This document shows positions 63,447 to 64,000 of a stretch of DNA of 64,000 nucleotides, piece after piece; the stretch's first letter is position 1, and every line of letters starts with the position of its first letter. Made by a program: the position numbers and the translations under genes. This stretch comes from Minicystis rosea (GTDB lineage: Bacteria; Myxococcota_A; Polyangia; Polyangiales; Polyangiaceae): contig CP016211.1 of the NCBI GenBank assembly GCA_001931535.1, positions 4,247,573-4,311,572 of the forward strand, written 5' to 3'. The notes beneath the pieces are model-generated. The model was given only the letters and a program-made list of their open reading frames with translations. It was not told the origin of the DNA and made no database searches.

Positions 63447-64000
63447 TCAGTCGATGCCGGCTTGGTCACCGTCGTCGTCGCAGGTCGCCCACGACATCGT
63501 CGCCGTCGATCGCGCGAAGCCCCAGCGTCCTTCGCGATCCACGGCGATGACGCCGCCGGTCGCGCCGACGCGCGCGCGGAGCTCGTCGATCGTGGAGCGG
63601 GCCGCGTCCTCCGCCGCGATGCCCGCGGCCATCCGCAGCGTCACGAGGCGCGCCACGCCGAGCCGGATCATGCCTTCGCCGTGGCCCGTGGTCGACACGG
63701 CGCCCGCGAGATCGTCCGCGTACGTGCCCGCGCCGATGAGCGGCGAGTCCCCTACCCGACCGACGCGCTTGTTGATCATCCCGCCCGTGCTCGTCGCCGC
63801 GGCGACGTTGCCGGCGCGATCGCGCGCCACCGCGCCGACCGTGCCGCCGGCCCAGCCCGTCGCGCCGCCCAACGCGCGCGCAGCCTCGAAGGCCACGCGG
63901 GCAGCGGGCGTGATCAACGCTTCCTCCGCTACCTCGACGAAGCCGCGCGCGAGCGCGAAGCGATGCGCGCCGTGTGCGGCGTAGAGCACGTGCCGCCCAT
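63447..64000 (-). CDS. Isoaspartyl peptidase / L-asparaginase (Ntn-hydrolase, plant-type asparaginase family). The N-terminus lies beyond the window end.
   Basis: The C-terminal (beta-subunit) signatures are GTVGAVARDRAGNVAAATSTGGMINKRVGRVGDSPLIGAGTYAD...AVSTTGHGE. The ORF is open at the window edge. Confidence 0.8.
   Translation of the reverse strand, partial: GRHVLYAAHGAHRFALARGFVEVAEEALITPAARVAFEAARALGGATGWAGGTVGAVARDRAGNVAAATSTGGMINKRVGRVGDSPLIGAGTYADDLAGAVSTTGHGEGMIRLGVARLVTLRMAAGIAAEDAARSTIDELRARVGATGGVIAVDREGRWGFARSTATMSWATCDDDGDQAGID

Noticed and set aside
1-64000. Looked for CRISPR arrays, IS elements/transposases, integrases, phage structural genes and rRNA.
   Set aside because: I found no direct-repeat/spacer architecture, no DDE or tyrosine/serine recombinase motifs, and no rRNA-like segments. 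The only tandem arrays are the 39-bp minisatellite, the 57-bp hairpin duplication and in-frame coding repeats.

Overview
This 64-kb window is about 70% GC and looks like a myxobacterial chromosome segment. The evidence is a MYXO-CTERM-like sorting tail on a BNR-propeller protein, many lipoproteins, eukaryotic-like Ser/Thr kinases (one with a C-terminal AAA+/TPR extension), sigma54 enhancer-binding proteins and DUF4388/roadblock regulators. The six-frame track is dominated by long Arg/Ala/Gly-rich antisense ORFs, which are typical high-GC artefacts. I called the real genes from recognisable motifs, composition and tight gene packing.

The main content, in order of interest:

- **T6SS auxiliary effector island (about 12.4-19.5 kb).** Two DUF2169 genes, a PAAR-like (DUF4150) gene, a predicted nucleic-acid deaminase toxin with an HAE...CxxC zinc motif, and a small putative immunity gene. 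They sit convergent to an orphan vgrG. A third DUF2169-pentapeptide gene lies at 45.9 kb. No T6SS core genes are present in the window.
- **RNAP beta-prime look-alike (4.6-6.4 kb).** A protein whose N-terminus is a diverged copy of the RNA polymerase beta-prime (RpoC) N-terminal Zn-binding region, with all four Cys kept, fused to a beta-propeller-like C-terminus.
- **Two adjacent phospho-dead proteins (50.8-53.9 kb).** An intact-length P1B-type ATPase homolog whose catalytic motifs are all degenerate, next to a histidine-kinase-like protein that lacks the phospho-acceptor His.
- **Dual-core hybrid sensor kinase (1-2818, truncated).** PAS-GAF-HisKA-HATPase-REC-HisKA-HATPase on one reading frame.
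- **Three repeat families.**
  - A 16-bp palindrome core, CGTTGGAGCTCCAACG, present at two loci.
  - Conserved GC-hairpin elements at the 3' ends of three genes.
  - A 39-bp tandem array of about 5.6 copies.
- **Gene fragments.** A remnant of a kinase/TPR C-terminus at 7.55 kb and a frameshifted lipoprotein at 62.9 kb.

Housekeeping genes recognised: fdhA-like formaldehyde dehydrogenase, gnd, grxD, a DinG-family helicase, a PpiD/SurA-like PPIase, an M16 peptidase, a LysR regulator, an NtrC-family EBP with its PAS histidine kinase, tRNA-Gly(CCC), and a partial isoaspartyl-peptidase/asparaginase at the right edge.

All functional calls come from motifs I read directly in the translations. No database searches were run.
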